A stretch of DNA of 30,726 nucleotides from a virus (IMGVR_UViG_3300011335_000067:1-30726); one strand, 5' to 3'; shown: positions 6,805 to 16,500, numbered from the stretch's first letter. Notes: generated from the letters alone by a model not told the origin. Translations and numbers: made by a program.

Positions 6805-7020
6805 ATGTCTATTGAGCCAGTTAGTGCGGAATCTTTTGAGGAATGGAAATATCACCCTGTTACTAAACGTTTTATGAAGATGCTACAAACAGATCGTGAA
6901 ACTATGAAAGAGGGATTGATAAACAATGCTTTTGAAGAAGAAGCAGAAGTTAAAGGTAGGTGTCGCGTAATTGCAACTATCCTAAACCTTGAGTATGAAG
7001 ATTTATTTGAAACTAAGTAA
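6805..7020 (+). CDS. Hypothetical protein (post-portal small helical protein)
   Basis: AAGGAG RBS; 71 aa. Confidence 0.8.
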   Translation: MSIEPVSAESFEEWKYHPVTKRFMKMLQTDRETMKEGLINNAFEEEAEVKGRCRVIATILNLEYEDLFETK

Positions 7021-7034
7021 AGAGAGATAAGCAA

Positions 7035-7382
7035 ATGAGTAATGAATCTGGAATTAACCCTGTTGGGTGGCGTGTACTTATTAAGCCTCAAGAAGTTAAA
7101 GAGGTGTCCTCTGGGGGCATTATCTTGACTACTGAGACTACAAAAGAGCGTGAGCAAATGGGCAATACAACTGGTGTTGTTATTGCTATGGGCAACCAAT
7201 GCTATGGCGACGAACCTATACCTTGGTGTGGAGTTGGAGACAAAGTAATCTTTGCTAAGTACGCTGGGCTTCTTTACTTAGGTAAAGACGGAAAGCAGTA
7301 TAGGATGGTTAACGATAAAGACATTACAGGTACTTTGGATTCTGATGTCAGTCTTGTTGATCCTTATCTAGCCAGGGGCTGA
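7035..7382 (+). CDS. groES: GroES/Cpn10 co-chaperonin
   Basis: INPVGWRVLIKP, mobile loop SSGGIILT, GVVIAMG, VGDKVIFAKYAG. Confidence 0.92.
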   Translation: MSNESGINPVGWRVLIKPQEVKEVSSGGIILTTETTKEREQMGNTTGVVIAMGNQCYGDEPIPWCGVGDKVIFAKYAGLLYLGKDGKQYRMVNDKDITGTLDSDVSLVDPYLARG

Positions 7383-7423
7383 TTTAAATAGTTATTGACA
7401 GTTTTAAAAATTAGGAGTAAGGT

Positions 7424-8263
7424 ATGAGCGAAGAAGCAAGTGTCACCAATGAGACATCGCCAGAAGTTCGCCACGAGGCTGAATCCCAAGGATGGGTTCC
7501 AAAAGAACGATTTCGGGGGAATGAGAATGACTGGGTAGATGCTGAAACTTTTGTAAAACGAGGTCGTGAGATTCTCCCTATTCTGCGTAAGAATAATGAG
7601 AACCTAATAAAAGATCTTAATCAAACAAAAGAACAGCTTAAAGAGTTTCGTGAAGCTGCTGAAGAGTTTAAGAGATTTCAGAGAGAGTCTTATGAACGTA
7701 AGGCTACTGACTACGAAAGGCGTATTCAGGAAATTAAAGATAGTCGTGCTCAAGCCATTACTGATGGTGACGGACAAAAAGTTAATGCGTTAGACGATGC
7801 GTTGGACGAAGCAAAGGAAAGCTTTAGAGAAGCAAAGCAAGCCGTTAAAGATGTTGTTAGTACGAAAGAACCTGTTGTTACAGAAACTGCTGCAACAATT
7901 GATCCTTCACTTCAACTTTGGCTAGACCGTAACAACTGGTTTGGTGAAGATCGAAGAATGACAAGCATTGCTAATGGTATTGGCGAAAGTCTTCGGTTAG
8001 AGTTTCCAGGACTTAAAGGACAACCATTTCTTGATAAGCTAGATGAAGTGTTGGCAGAAGAGTTTCCAAATAAATTTGGTGGAAGTAAAAAGAATGTGAG
8101 TGCTAGTCGTGTGGAGTCTGGTTCTGGTAGGCAGAGTCGTAGTGGTAGTAATGCCCAAAGCTATGACAACCTTCCTCCTACAGCCAAGGATGCTTGTGAT
8201 CGGTTTGTAAAACAAAAACTTATGACCCGTGAACAATACGTCCAAGACTACGACTGGAATTAA
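7424..8263 (+). CDS. Putative capsid scaffolding protein
   Basis: Acidic coiled-coil protein between portal and capsid, with a C-terminal helix motif (LMTREQY); AGGAG RBS. Confidence 0.7.
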   Translation: MSEEASVTNETSPEVRHEAESQGWVPKERFRGNENDWVDAETFVKRGREILPILRKNNENLIKDLNQTKEQLKEFREAAEEFKRFQRESYERKATDYERRIQEIKDSRAQAITDGDGQKVNALDDALDEAKESFREAKQAVKDVVSTKEPVVTETAATIDPSLQLWLDRNNWFGEDRRMTSIANGIGESLRLEFPGLKGQPFLDKLDEVLAEEFPNKFGGSKKNVSASRVESGSGRQSRSGSNAQSYDNLPPTAKDACDRFVKQKLMTREQYVQDYDWN

Positions 8264-8296
8264 ATTTAATTTACTATATACTCAAAGGAAAATATT

Positions 8297-8809
8297 ATGC
8301 CAGCAGCATTGACTTATGAACAAAAGGTTGAACGTGCAAATGCTCGTTACCAAGAGAAACAAGAAGCAGCAAATACTCCTGCAAAAGCAGTAGATGGTGC
8401 AACTCGTAAACGCCGTAACGTATTTAATGGTACGGAAGTTAAGTTAGGTGTACGGAATCAAATTCCGGGATACCACCTTCATATTTTTACAGATACGGGA
8501 AGCCGTATTCAAGAAGCTATGGACAGTGGTTATGAGTTTGTCACCCCTGAAGAAATCGGTGGTGTGAGTGAAAATGTGGTTAGCCGTAATGGTGACCTTG
8601 GAGAAAGAATTAGGTATCTCGTAAACCCTCGTGCAGAAGGCACAGAGCAGTACGGCTACTTAATGAAAGTACGGCAAGAATGGTACGAGGAAGATCAAGC
8701 CGAACTTCAAGCGAAAAATAATCGTATTGATACTGCAATTCGTAGCGGTAAAGTTACTGGGGATAACCCAGGATTTTATGTTCCGCAGGGTGGTATTAAA
8801 CTCACTTAA
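8297..8809 (+). CDS. Hypothetical head-module protein
   Basis: 170 aa, AAGGA RBS, lies between the scaffold and capsid genes. Confidence 0.75.
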   Translation: MPAALTYEQKVERANARYQEKQEAANTPAKAVDGATRKRRNVFNGTEVKLGVRNQIPGYHLHIFTDTGSRIQEAMDSGYEFVTPEEIGGVSENVVSRNGDLGERIRYLVNPRAEGTEQYGYLMKVRQEWYEEDQAELQAKNNRIDTAIRSGKVTGDNPGFYVPQGGIKLT

Positions 8810-8826
8810 TTTATCAGGAGTCTTTT

Positions 8827-9432
8827 ATGGCAAACGTAAATCGTCCTGGCGGCTTAAAGCCCGTCAGTTATCTCAATGGAGCACCGTACACAGGCCAAGC
8901 CCGTTTGTACTCTGTTCCCGTTAACAGTGCAGACTTGTATATTGGTGATCCAGTTACCCTTAGTGGTAATGCTGATACCAATGGTCTTGCTGGTATTGCA
9001 ATTGGTGTTGCTGGTTCTGCAATCGTTGGTGTTGTAGTTGGTTTCCTTGTTTCTCCTCCCGGAGTTAGTTTGGTTGCTACTAACATTGATTTGACTATTC
9101 GTAGTATTCAAGCTAGTGCCACTACTGTTCAATATGCTTTGGTTGCAGATGATGCAAACATTGTTTTTGAAATTCAAGATGGTCAAACTACACCTACCTC
9201 TACAGCTAATATTGGTCTTAATACCAACTTCTTGATTGCTGCTGGTGCTACCGACTATAGTGATTCAGGTACAGTAACTGCTGCTACTCTTACGGATACT
9301 ACTACTGCTAACTTGAAGCTCTTGGGCTTTGTTCAGCGTGTAGATAACACCCCCGCCTCTGCTTATGCCAAGCTGTTGGTACGTATTAACAATCATGTCT
9401 ACAGCGCCGGTACTGGCACTGCTGGCATTTAA
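8827..9432 (+). CDS. Capsid decoration/cement-like protein
   Basis: Beta-rich 201 aa (MANVNRPGGLKP...IGDPV) immediately before the major capsid gene; AGGAG RBS. Confidence 0.65.
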   Translation: MANVNRPGGLKPVSYLNGAPYTGQARLYSVPVNSADLYIGDPVTLSGNADTNGLAGIAIGVAGSAIVGVVVGFLVSPPGVSLVATNIDLTIRSIQASATTVQYALVADDANIVFEIQDGQTTPTSTANIGLNTNFLIAAGATDYSDSGTVTAATLTDTTTANLKLLGFVQRVDNTPASAYAKLLVRINNHVYSAGTGTAGI

Positions 9433-9447
9433 TTAGGAGAATAGACT

Positions 9448-10368
9448 ATGGCTGGCATTATCACAACCAGTTCCCACCCGAAGGCCTTGTGGCCCGGTAT
9501 TAAAGCTTGGTGGGGACAAACTTACGATGAGCACCCTGAAGAATATATAAACTTATTCGATAAGGATACTTCTACTCAAAACTACGAAGAAGATGTTCAA
9601 CTGACTGGATTTGGTCTTGTACCTGTCAAGTCACAAGGTTCTGGCGTTCAGTATGATTCTGAAGTTCAAGGTTATGTAACTCGCTATACACACGTTGCTT
9701 ATGCAATGGGTTATATCGTAACCAAAGAAGAGATGGATGACAATCTTTATGAGGTGATCTCCAAGAAACGTTCAGCAGCTTTGGCTATGTCTTTCCGTCA
9801 AACGAAAGAAAACATTGCAGCTAACGTTTACAACCGTGCATTTAATTCTACCTATGCTGGTGGTGATGGCAAAGCACTTTGTGCTACGGATCATCCCAAT
9901 ACCACTGGTGGTACTTGGGCTAACAAGCCTACGGTTGATGTAGATTTGTCTGAAGCTGCTTTGGAAGATGCAGTGATTGCAATCATGGGTCTGCAAAATG
10001 ACCGTGGTTTGATGATCGCTATTCAACCTGACTGCTTGCATATTGCTCGTCAAGAAGTGTTTAATGCTCAACGCATTCTTAACTCTAAATACCAAACTGG
10101 TAATGCCAACAATGACATCAACGTGATGGCAACTGGCAACTACCTACCAGGTGGTTTTAAAGTGAATCACTACTTCTCTTCACCTCACGCCTTTTTCATC
10201 CGTAATACTATTCCGGGTGGTACAGGTATGAAGTACTATGAGCGTCATTCCATCATGTTTGATCAAGACAATGACTTTGATACGATGAATGCTAAAGCCA
10301 AAGGCTATGAGCGTTACTCGTTCGGTTGGTCTGATTCTCGTGCTGTCTGGGGTGTTAACGGCCCCTAA
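9448..10368 (+). CDS. Major capsid protein (Mu gpT-like, HK97 fold)
   Basis: 306 aa, strong AGGAG RBS, GDGKALCATDHP and ERYSFGWSD motifs, followed by a terminator. Confidence 0.88.
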   Translation: MAGIITTSSHPKALWPGIKAWWGQTYDEHPEEYINLFDKDTSTQNYEEDVQLTGFGLVPVKSQGSGVQYDSEVQGYVTRYTHVAYAMGYIVTKEEMDDNLYEVISKKRSAALAMSFRQTKENIAANVYNRAFNSTYAGGDGKALCATDHPNTTGGTWANKPTVDVDLSEAALEDAVIAIMGLQNDRGLMIAIQPDCLHIARQEVFNAQRILNSKYQTGNANNDINVMATGNYLPGGFKVNHYFSSPHAFFIRNTIPGGTGMKYYERHSIMFDQDNDFDTMNAKAKGYERYSFGWSDSRAVWGVNGP

Positions 10369-10383
10369 TTGTTCTTAGTAACA

Positions 10384-10413
10384 AGCCCCCTCCTCGTGAG
10401 GGGGTTCTTATTT
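10384..10413 (+). terminator. Intrinsic terminator after the capsid gene
   Basis: AGCCCCCTC-ctcgt-GAGGGGGTT followed by CTTATTT. Confidence 0.75.
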
Positions 10414-10426
10414 AATAGGAGCTTCT

Positions 10427-10510
10427 ATGAGCTTTGAACGTGAAAAAGAAAAGGGCAAACGCCCTGAACCAGGAAAAGTTACATCACCTGGAAAAAAGAA
10501 AAAGAAATAG
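10427..10510 (+). CDS. 27-aa basic peptide ending in KKKKK (not in ORF track)
   Basis: AGGAG RBS at 10417-10421. Translates to MSFEREKEKGKRPEPGKVTSPGKKKKK. Confidence 0.55.
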   Translation: MSFEREKEKGKRPEPGKVTSPGKKKKK

Positions 10511-10599
10511 TACAAACAATTGTGCTATCCTATTGATGACGCTACTTACACTTAGTAGTGTTGTTTGCTTAACACTTATGTCAATTTAGGAGTTTTAAA

Positions 10600-11589
10600 A
10601 TGGCTTTGCCCCAATCCCCTGCGTCTAACTATCCCGGTGGTTTTAACAATGTAACTATCCGTGGTGTACCAATCACTCAATCTCATCCTGGTCAAGTATA
10701 TTGGGTGTCTAATGCCACTCCAACTTTGCCTGGACAAGTTGGTGGTTCTGATGGTAATCCAGGTACTTTTAATGCTCCATTTGGTACGCTAGAGTATGCT
10801 ATTACTCGTTGTACTGCTAATCGTGGAGACATCATTTTTATTAAACCAGGTCATGCTGAAACCATTACTAGTGCTACTGCTTTGGTTTTTGATGTTGCTG
10901 GTGTAGCAATTGTTGGTCTAGGTGCTGGTACTAAACGTCCTACCTTTACCCTCAATACAGCAGCAACTACTACTATTCCTGTATCTGCTGATAACGTATC
11001 AATTCTTAATTGCCGTTTTATTGCTAACTTCTTAGGCATTACTTCTGCTTTTACAGTAGCTGCTGCGGCTTACTTTACCATTGATAACTGTTCATTTACT
11101 GATACAAGTGCCATCTTAAATTTCTTGTCAGCAGTTAAAACTACTGTATCTACTAACTCAGACTTCTTGCAAGTATCTAACTGTTTCATTAAGTCTGATG
11201 CCACTACCAAGTCTGTTGCTCCTATTGTTGTTCTTAACACAATGACTGGTTTGACATTGAGTGATAACTATGTTGTTCAAACTGTTGCTCAAAACAACGT
11301 GTCTCAATTCTTGAGTCATGCTGCATTGGTAATGACTGCTGCTTTGATTACAGGTAATAAAGTATATTGTGTTAATACTGACACTGCTACTGGTGCTTGC
11401 TTTATTAGTACTACTGCAACCACTGGTTCTGGCATTGTTATGAATAACACAATCCGTGCTCTTGATGTTGCTGCTGCTATTGTGGTCACTGCTAATGCTG
11501 TTCAATATGGAATGTTTAACAACCTCTATATTGGAGATGGGACTATGAACTCAGGTTTTGTACTTCCTGCTATTGGTAGTGATTCCTAA
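10600..11589 (+). CDS. Virion structural protein with parallel beta-helix (head fibre/spike-like)
   Basis: DGNPGTFNAPFGTLEYAI...GDIIFIKPGH cap motif followed by I.NC.F repeats; AGGAG RBS. Confidence 0.7.
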   Translation: MALPQSPASNYPGGFNNVTIRGVPITQSHPGQVYWVSNATPTLPGQVGGSDGNPGTFNAPFGTLEYAITRCTANRGDIIFIKPGHAETITSATALVFDVAGVAIVGLGAGTKRPTFTLNTAATTTIPVSADNVSILNCRFIANFLGITSAFTVAAAAYFTIDNCSFTDTSAILNFLSAVKTTVSTNSDFLQVSNCFIKSDATTKSVAPIVVLNTMTGLTLSDNYVVQTVAQNNVSQFLSHAALVMTAALITGNKVYCVNTDTATGACFISTTATTGSGIVMNNTIRALDVAAAIVVTANAVQYGMFNNLYIGDGTMNSGFVLPAIGSDS

Positions 11590-11603
11590 TAAGTAATGTA
11601 GTT

Positions 11604-11638
11604 TACTAGGAGGAGAATGATCTTCTCCTAGTATCTTT
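11604..11638 (+). terminator. Stem-loop, likely terminator
   Basis: TACTAGGAGGAGA-atga-TCTTCTCCTAGTA (13-bp stem) followed by TCTTT. Confidence 0.65.
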
Positions 11639-11672
11639 AATAGGTACAACCTTTGCAAGATGGGAGTTTAGT

Positions 11673-12035
11673 ATGGCTAATATGTTTCTTAAGAGTGGGG
11701 AGCAACCTCGTTACTTTTCTTTTAGTGGAGTAAATTCAACAACTGCTGTTGCTGCTTCTTATCCTATTTATAAAGAAAGTCCCTATAGTTCTTTTCAAGC
11801 TATTGTTACTGGCACAGGTGCTGTAACTGCTGCTATTGATATTCAAGTTTCTAATGAGACAGACACATTAAATGGTGTTAAATCTAACTGGATAACTATT
11901 GCTACTATTAGTTTGTCTGGTACTACAACTGCTACTGATGGTTTTACAACAGTATGTCCCTGGAGATATGTTCGAGCTAATGTAACTGCTCGTTCTGGAA
12001 CTGGTGCTACTGTTGAAATTATTATGGGAGTGTAA
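11673..12035 (+). CDS. Small beta-sandwich virion protein
   Basis: 120 aa, Thr/Ser-rich, IQVSN...WRYVRANVT; GGGAG RBS. Confidence 0.7.
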   Translation: MANMFLKSGEQPRYFSFSGVNSTTAVAASYPIYKESPYSSFQAIVTGTGAVTAAIDIQVSNETDTLNGVKSNWITIATISLSGTTTATDGFTTVCPWRYVRANVTARSGTGATVEIIMGV

Positions 12036-12037
12036 TC

Positions 12038-12220
12038 ATGTCAGTTGTAGCAGACAGCACTTATGGGGGGTTTGAAGAACCTAGACCACCTACTATCACA
12101 CAGTACGGTGTAGCTACAGACTTATATGGTGTAACTTCTGATCCATTTACAGCTTCGCTTTTGTTACTAGAAACAAACGACTTGTTGCTACAAGAATCTA
12201 GCAGTAATATTTTGTTGTAA
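12038..12220 (+). CDS. 60-aa protein with LLLE-type C-terminal motif
   Basis: GGGAG RBS; ends LLLLETNDLLLQESSSNILL. Confidence 0.65.
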   Translation: MSVVADSTYGGFEEPRPPTITQYGVATDLYGVTSDPFTASLLLLETNDLLLQESSSNILL

Positions 12221-12232
12221 TTAAGGATACCT

Positions 12233-14107
12233 ATGACTACAACTGTTTTTACTAGTGGGACTCTTATTGAGTCTCCTTGGCTCAATGACGTTAATACTGG
12301 TATTTATAATGCTTCAAGTGGTATTTCTACTGGAGCTAGTTCTCGTACTCTTTTAAATAAACTTGCAGACACTATTAATGTAAAAGACTTTGGTGCTGTA
12401 GGAGATGGATCAACAAACGATGTTTCTGCAATAACAAATGCCTTTGCAGCAGCAAATAAAAAGCGAGTTGTTTTTCCTGCTGGTGTTTATAAATTAAGTA
12501 GTCCATACGCAGCTCCTACTGGTTCAGCAGCGTACATGGAGAATGGAGCATCTTTTACTACAAACAAACCTACAAACGTAGATTACATTTGGGAATATAA
12601 AAACATTACTCCCACTATATATTCGGTAGCACAAACACAACATCTTTTTGAAGAAAATTCATACTCAATAGATGGTGTAGCTGGATATTGGTCTAGTGGC
12701 CCTGTTGGGACATACTTTGGCATCTCTAAAGAATTTGATTCAACCTATGGAAACGGAACAGACAGCCCATATGCAGCGCAATGGCTTTATGCGGTAAACA
12801 ACAACTCTACCGCTACCGTTGTTTCTCAAATGAGCATAGCCAGGGCCATAACAAACAATGATTCGGTTTTTGGTCTAAACCCCATTGTTACAAATGAAAC
12901 TGGAACAACAGGTGCTAAATTAGTTGGCATGGAGATTGATGTTGAATCAGCGGCGGGAAGCACAATAAGCACCGCATCTGCTGGGCTTTACATCAATGTT
13001 TTTAATTCAACAAATTCTGGTGCAGTAATGCAAACGGCTGGACTTGTTGGCGGTAATTTTTCCGATGGCATTGTAATAAATGGCATCGCATCAACTGGCG
13101 CAGCGTTTGCAGATCAGGCTGGATTGTCTTGTAAATATGGTTTAGCTTTAAGTAATGGCACATACTCTCAAGCTGCAATTTTGCTTGGCCCACAAAAAAA
13201 TATAGTTATTCAAAGTAATTCTGTAACTAGCACAAATATATATGCAGACACTGACCACCATTTAAATTTTCAACTTGCTAAAGATATATTTTTTACAGGC
13301 CCAACAACTACACAAGGCGATAACATTGCCATAGTTAGGGGGTCTGGTGCATACTCAAGTGCTGTTTTTAAAGTAGTTGGAGGCTTTGCTGCAAGTGCAA
13401 CAAATTGTGCTATTGCTGTTGGTAATAACACAGTTACTTCAAGATCAATAAATGCTGGTGGCACAATCAATGCAAGTGGCGCTGACTATGCTGAGTATGA
13501 GTACAAGAATGACACCTGTGGTGTGGTCTTAAAAGGCCAAATTATCGGCTTCGATGCCGATGGTAAGGTAACAGACAAGTACGATAGCGCCGTTTCGTTT
13601 GGCGTTAAAACAACTAACCCAAACATAGTTGGTGGTGATACTTGGTTTACTGAAGCTGGTATTGCTCCTATTGCCCCAGAATACACACCACCTAGCATTG
13701 AGCGTCCAGCATACCCAAGCCAAACTATTCGTAAATCAAGAGAGCAGAGTGATACAGAACTTGCTGATTTTGAACAAAAGACTGTTGAATATGAAAAGAT
13801 ACTTAGTGAACATAAAGAGCAGTGGGAAAATACTGTTTTTGCCTCACATCAAAGTGCCTTGAGTATTTACCAAGCGCAACTAGAAGTAGTTAGGGCAAAG
13901 GTTGACCGCATTTCTTACTGCGGTAAAGTACCTGTTAATGTAACTGGTGCTACAGTAGGTGGGTATATTATCCCAACAAAAGACGGTGATGGCATCAAAG
14001 GCGTTTGTGTAGCAAACCCAACTTTTGAGCAATACCGAAATTCAGTAGGTCAGGTGCGAAAAATCCTAAGTGATGGTCGTGCTGAAATAGTTGTAAAGGC
14101 AATTTAA
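12233..14107 (+). CDS. Tailspike/receptor-binding protein with C-terminal intramolecular chaperone (peptidase G2-like)
   Basis: INVKDFGAVGDG pectate-lyase-3-type start, beta-rich body, GADYAEY motif followed by a coiled coil and CGKVPV. Confidence 0.8.
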   Translation: MTTTVFTSGTLIESPWLNDVNTGIYNASSGISTGASSRTLLNKLADTINVKDFGAVGDGSTNDVSAITNAFAAANKKRVVFPAGVYKLSSPYAAPTGSAAYMENGASFTTNKPTNVDYIWEYKNITPTIYSVAQTQHLFEENSYSIDGVAGYWSSGPVGTYFGISKEFDSTYGNGTDSPYAAQWLYAVNNNSTATVVSQMSIARAITNNDSVFGLNPIVTNETGTTGAKLVGMEIDVESAAGSTISTASAGLYINVFNSTNSGAVMQTAGLVGGNFSDGIVINGIASTGAAFADQAGLSCKYGLALSNGTYSQAAILLGPQKNIVIQSNSVTSTNIYADTDHHLNFQLAKDIFFTGPTTTQGDNIAIVRGSGAYSSAVFKVVGGFAASATNCAIAVGNNTVTSRSINAGGTINASGADYAEYEYKNDTCGVVLKGQIIGFDADGKVTDKYDSAVSFGVKTTNPNIVGGDTWFTEAGIAPIAPEYTPPSIERPAYPSQTIRKSREQSDTELADFEQKTVEYEKILSEHKEQWENTVFASHQSALSIYQAQLEVVRAKVDRISYCGKVPVNVTGATVGGYIIPTKDGDGIKGVCVANPTFEQYRNSVGQVRKILSDGRAEIVVKAI

Positions 14108-14109
14108 TT

Positions 14110-14943
14110 ATGGCAGATACCAAAATCTCGGCGCTTACTTCCGCAACAACCCCGTTAGCGGGTACGGAAGTTTTGCCTATTGTTCAATCAAGCACCACGG
14201 TAAAAGTTGCCGTATCCAATTTAACCGCTGGTCGATCCGTAAGTATGTCGGCGAGTACGATTTCGTCTGGCGACTTAACATTTAGTTCTACGGCACAACG
14301 CATTGTTGGCGATATGAGCAATGCGACTACCACAAATCGCTTAATTTTTCAAACAAGTACAGTTAACTCCAACACAAATGTAACAGTAATGCCAAACGGG
14401 ACTGCCACTGCGTCTTTGTTTCAAGCGTTAAGTAGTGCTAGTGATCCTAATAATTGTTCTGTTGCATCATTTGCTGTTAATGGTGGGGCTGATGTTCGGA
14501 TTGCTGGATCAATAAAAGGAACAGGAACATATTTGCCGATAGCTTTTCATACAAGCGGCGGTGAAAAAGCAAAAATTGATATCAATGGTAATGTACTTGT
14601 CACTTCCGCTGCTGGTCTTGGCTACGGCACAGGTTCTGGTGGTACTGTTACACAGGCAACAAGTAGAACCACATCAGTAACACTGAACAAGCCTACTGGT
14701 CAGATTACTATGTTTACGGCAGCGGGTAGTCCAGTTCCTTCACAATTTACTGTAACCAATAGTTTGGTTGAGTTGGTAGATACGGTTGTTTTATCAATTG
14801 CATCAGGTGCAGCAAACTACTACAGTCTTATAGTTGGAAGTGTATCCGCAGGTTCTTTTAATATAAATTTTTTCACAACTGGTGGAGTAACCTCCGATAC
14901 CTTAAAAATTAACTTCGCAATTATCAAAGGAGCATCATCATGA
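14110..14943 (+). CDS. Tail fibre-like protein
   Basis: MADTKISALT N-terminus, FHTSGGEKAKIDINGNVLV repeat-type segment, GGTVTQATSRTTSVTLNK tip domain. Confidence 0.75.
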   Translation: MADTKISALTSATTPLAGTEVLPIVQSSTTVKVAVSNLTAGRSVSMSASTISSGDLTFSSTAQRIVGDMSNATTTNRLIFQTSTVNSNTNVTVMPNGTATASLFQALSSASDPNNCSVASFAVNGGADVRIAGSIKGTGTYLPIAFHTSGGEKAKIDINGNVLVTSAAGLGYGTGSGGTVTQATSRTTSVTLNKPTGQITMFTAAGSPVPSQFTVTNSLVELVDTVVLSIASGAANYYSLIVGSVSAGSFNINFFTTGGVTSDTLKINFAIIKGASS

Positions 14944-15143
14944 TTTATTTAGCAGCAGTGTGCCACGACATTAAATCCAACACCTTAGAAGCCACATGGC
15001 TAGAGGAAGTGCTGGACGATAACGGCGACCTCAAAGAACTCAAGCGAGTAAAGTGCCGCAACTACAGCGTAGAACAGAAGGACGAGTTCCTTGCTGATTG
15101 TGGTGCGGATGGTGAAAAATATACAACTATGGCTAGATGGTAA
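14940..15143 (+). CDS. Small acidic protein, possibly a fibre chaperone
   Basis: ATGA-coupled to the fibre gene; 67 aa. Confidence 0.65.
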   Translation: MIYLAAVCHDIKSNTLEATWLEEVLDDNGDLKELKRVKCRNYSVEQKDEFLADCGADGEKYTTMARW

Positions 15144-15145
15144 TT

Positions 15146-16495
15146 ATGTCTCTTACTAAAGTTTCATTTTCAATGATCCAAGGATCGCCTGTTAATGTCA
15201 TGGATTTTGGAGCAAAAGGAGATGCTTCTACCGACGATACAGCGGCAATTCAAGCGGCAATTAATTCGCTTACAAGCGCAGTATTTACTGGTGGAATTTT
15301 ATTTTTTCCTCCTGGCTTTTATCGTGTAACTTCCGCGCTTACCATTACTAAAGGTATTTCTGTCTTAGGTTCTGGTATTGGTTCTGGCACAGGAACTGGC
15401 AACTCAGGAGGCACAGTTATTCGCAATACGGCGGCAGCAGGGGATGTATTTACAGTCTCGTCTGAAGGCGGTGTAATTTTTGAAAATTTTGTTATTGATG
15501 CAACAGTCACAAAAAATGCAAGCACTGCTGGAATACGCATTCAAGGGGCTAGCGGTGCGGGGACAATTAACCGGCGCTCAAGAATTACAAACGTTAATAT
15601 TTTTAATATGTATGATGGGGTTGTATGGAATACAGCTAGTGACATAGTAATGCAAGGATGTATTATTAACGACTATCTAAACATTGGAATTTATTCAAAA
15701 CAAGATGGTGGAACAGATTCAGGTCAATCATTAATTAATGGTTGTTTAATTTGGGATCAAAATGTAGGAACTTCTCAAGCCTGTATTAGATATGATAAAG
15801 GTGGTGATCTAAAAATTATAGGAAACAAATTATTGGGAAGTGATTATGGTTTTCGGATGGTGTTAGATGACGGGCCAACTGGAACATTGTTGTTTTCTGC
15901 TAATTCATTTGAACAACAAAATATTTATTGTGCGCGTTTTACGCAAGGTGTTACAGGAAAAGAATTTGCAAATGTAGTAATAGTTGGAAACCAATTTTCC
16001 GTACTTGGCCCAATCGACGCTCAAGGTGCTATTTCCATAGTAGCAGGCATTTCTGCAAACTGGATTTACAACGTCACTATTGAAGGTAATGTTTTCAATA
16101 TGGGTTGCACTATAGCGCAGCCGCATATCAACATTCAAGATGGCGCGGGTGTCATGATTTCTAACAATGTAATGACTAATTTGGGGAATGCTGGGCCAAC
16201 CGCAATTAGCACTGGTGGCAATGTATCAAACGCACAAATTTTAGATAACAACATTACTAATTATCCAAGTGGGCTTTATTCTGCTGGAATTGATGTTGAT
16301 ACCGTTGTTCGTGACAATAATGGGTTAACCTTTGCACAGTTAATGTCGGCAAAAAACGGAAGTCAAATTTATGTTACAAATGGAACTATTGTTGGGCAAA
16401 CACCACCAGCAACTTCCTATAACTTTACGGTGACTAGCGGAGGTTCTGGATGCTTGGCTTTTAGAATGAACGGCGCTTGGATTTCAGTAGTTTAA
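15146..16495 (+). CDS. Tailspike, pectate-lyase-like beta-helix (candidate polysaccharide depolymerase)
   Basis: MSLTKVSFSMI...VNVMDFGAKGDASTDDTAAIQAAI...FFPPGFYRV followed by I.GN/N repeats. ATG 15146 is preferred to 15137. Confidence 0.85.
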   Translation: MSLTKVSFSMIQGSPVNVMDFGAKGDASTDDTAAIQAAINSLTSAVFTGGILFFPPGFYRVTSALTITKGISVLGSGIGSGTGTGNSGGTVIRNTAAAGDVFTVSSEGGVIFENFVIDATVTKNASTAGIRIQGASGAGTINRRSRITNVNIFNMYDGVVWNTASDIVMQGCIINDYLNIGIYSKQDGGTDSGQSLINGCLIWDQNVGTSQACIRYDKGGDLKIIGNKLLGSDYGFRMVLDDGPTGTLLFSANSFEQQNIYCARFTQGVTGKEFANVVIVGNQFSVLGPIDAQGAISIVAGISANWIYNVTIEGNVFNMGCTIAQPHINIQDGAGVMISNNVMTNLGNAGPTAISTGGNVSNAQILDNNITNYPSGLYSAGIDVDTVVRDNNGLTFAQLMSAKNGSQIYVTNGTIVGQTPPATSYNFTVTSGGSGCLAFRMNGAWISVV

Positions 16496-16500
16496 CCGCC

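Noticed and set aside
10340-10430. Programmed frameshift or readthrough extending the capsid protein
   Set aside because: No slippery heptamer before the TAA, and a terminator follows.
12233-16495. Diversity-generating retroelement or invertible fibre cassette
   Set aside because: No reverse transcriptase or invertase, and I saw no near-identical template/variable repeats or inverted crossover sites by eye.
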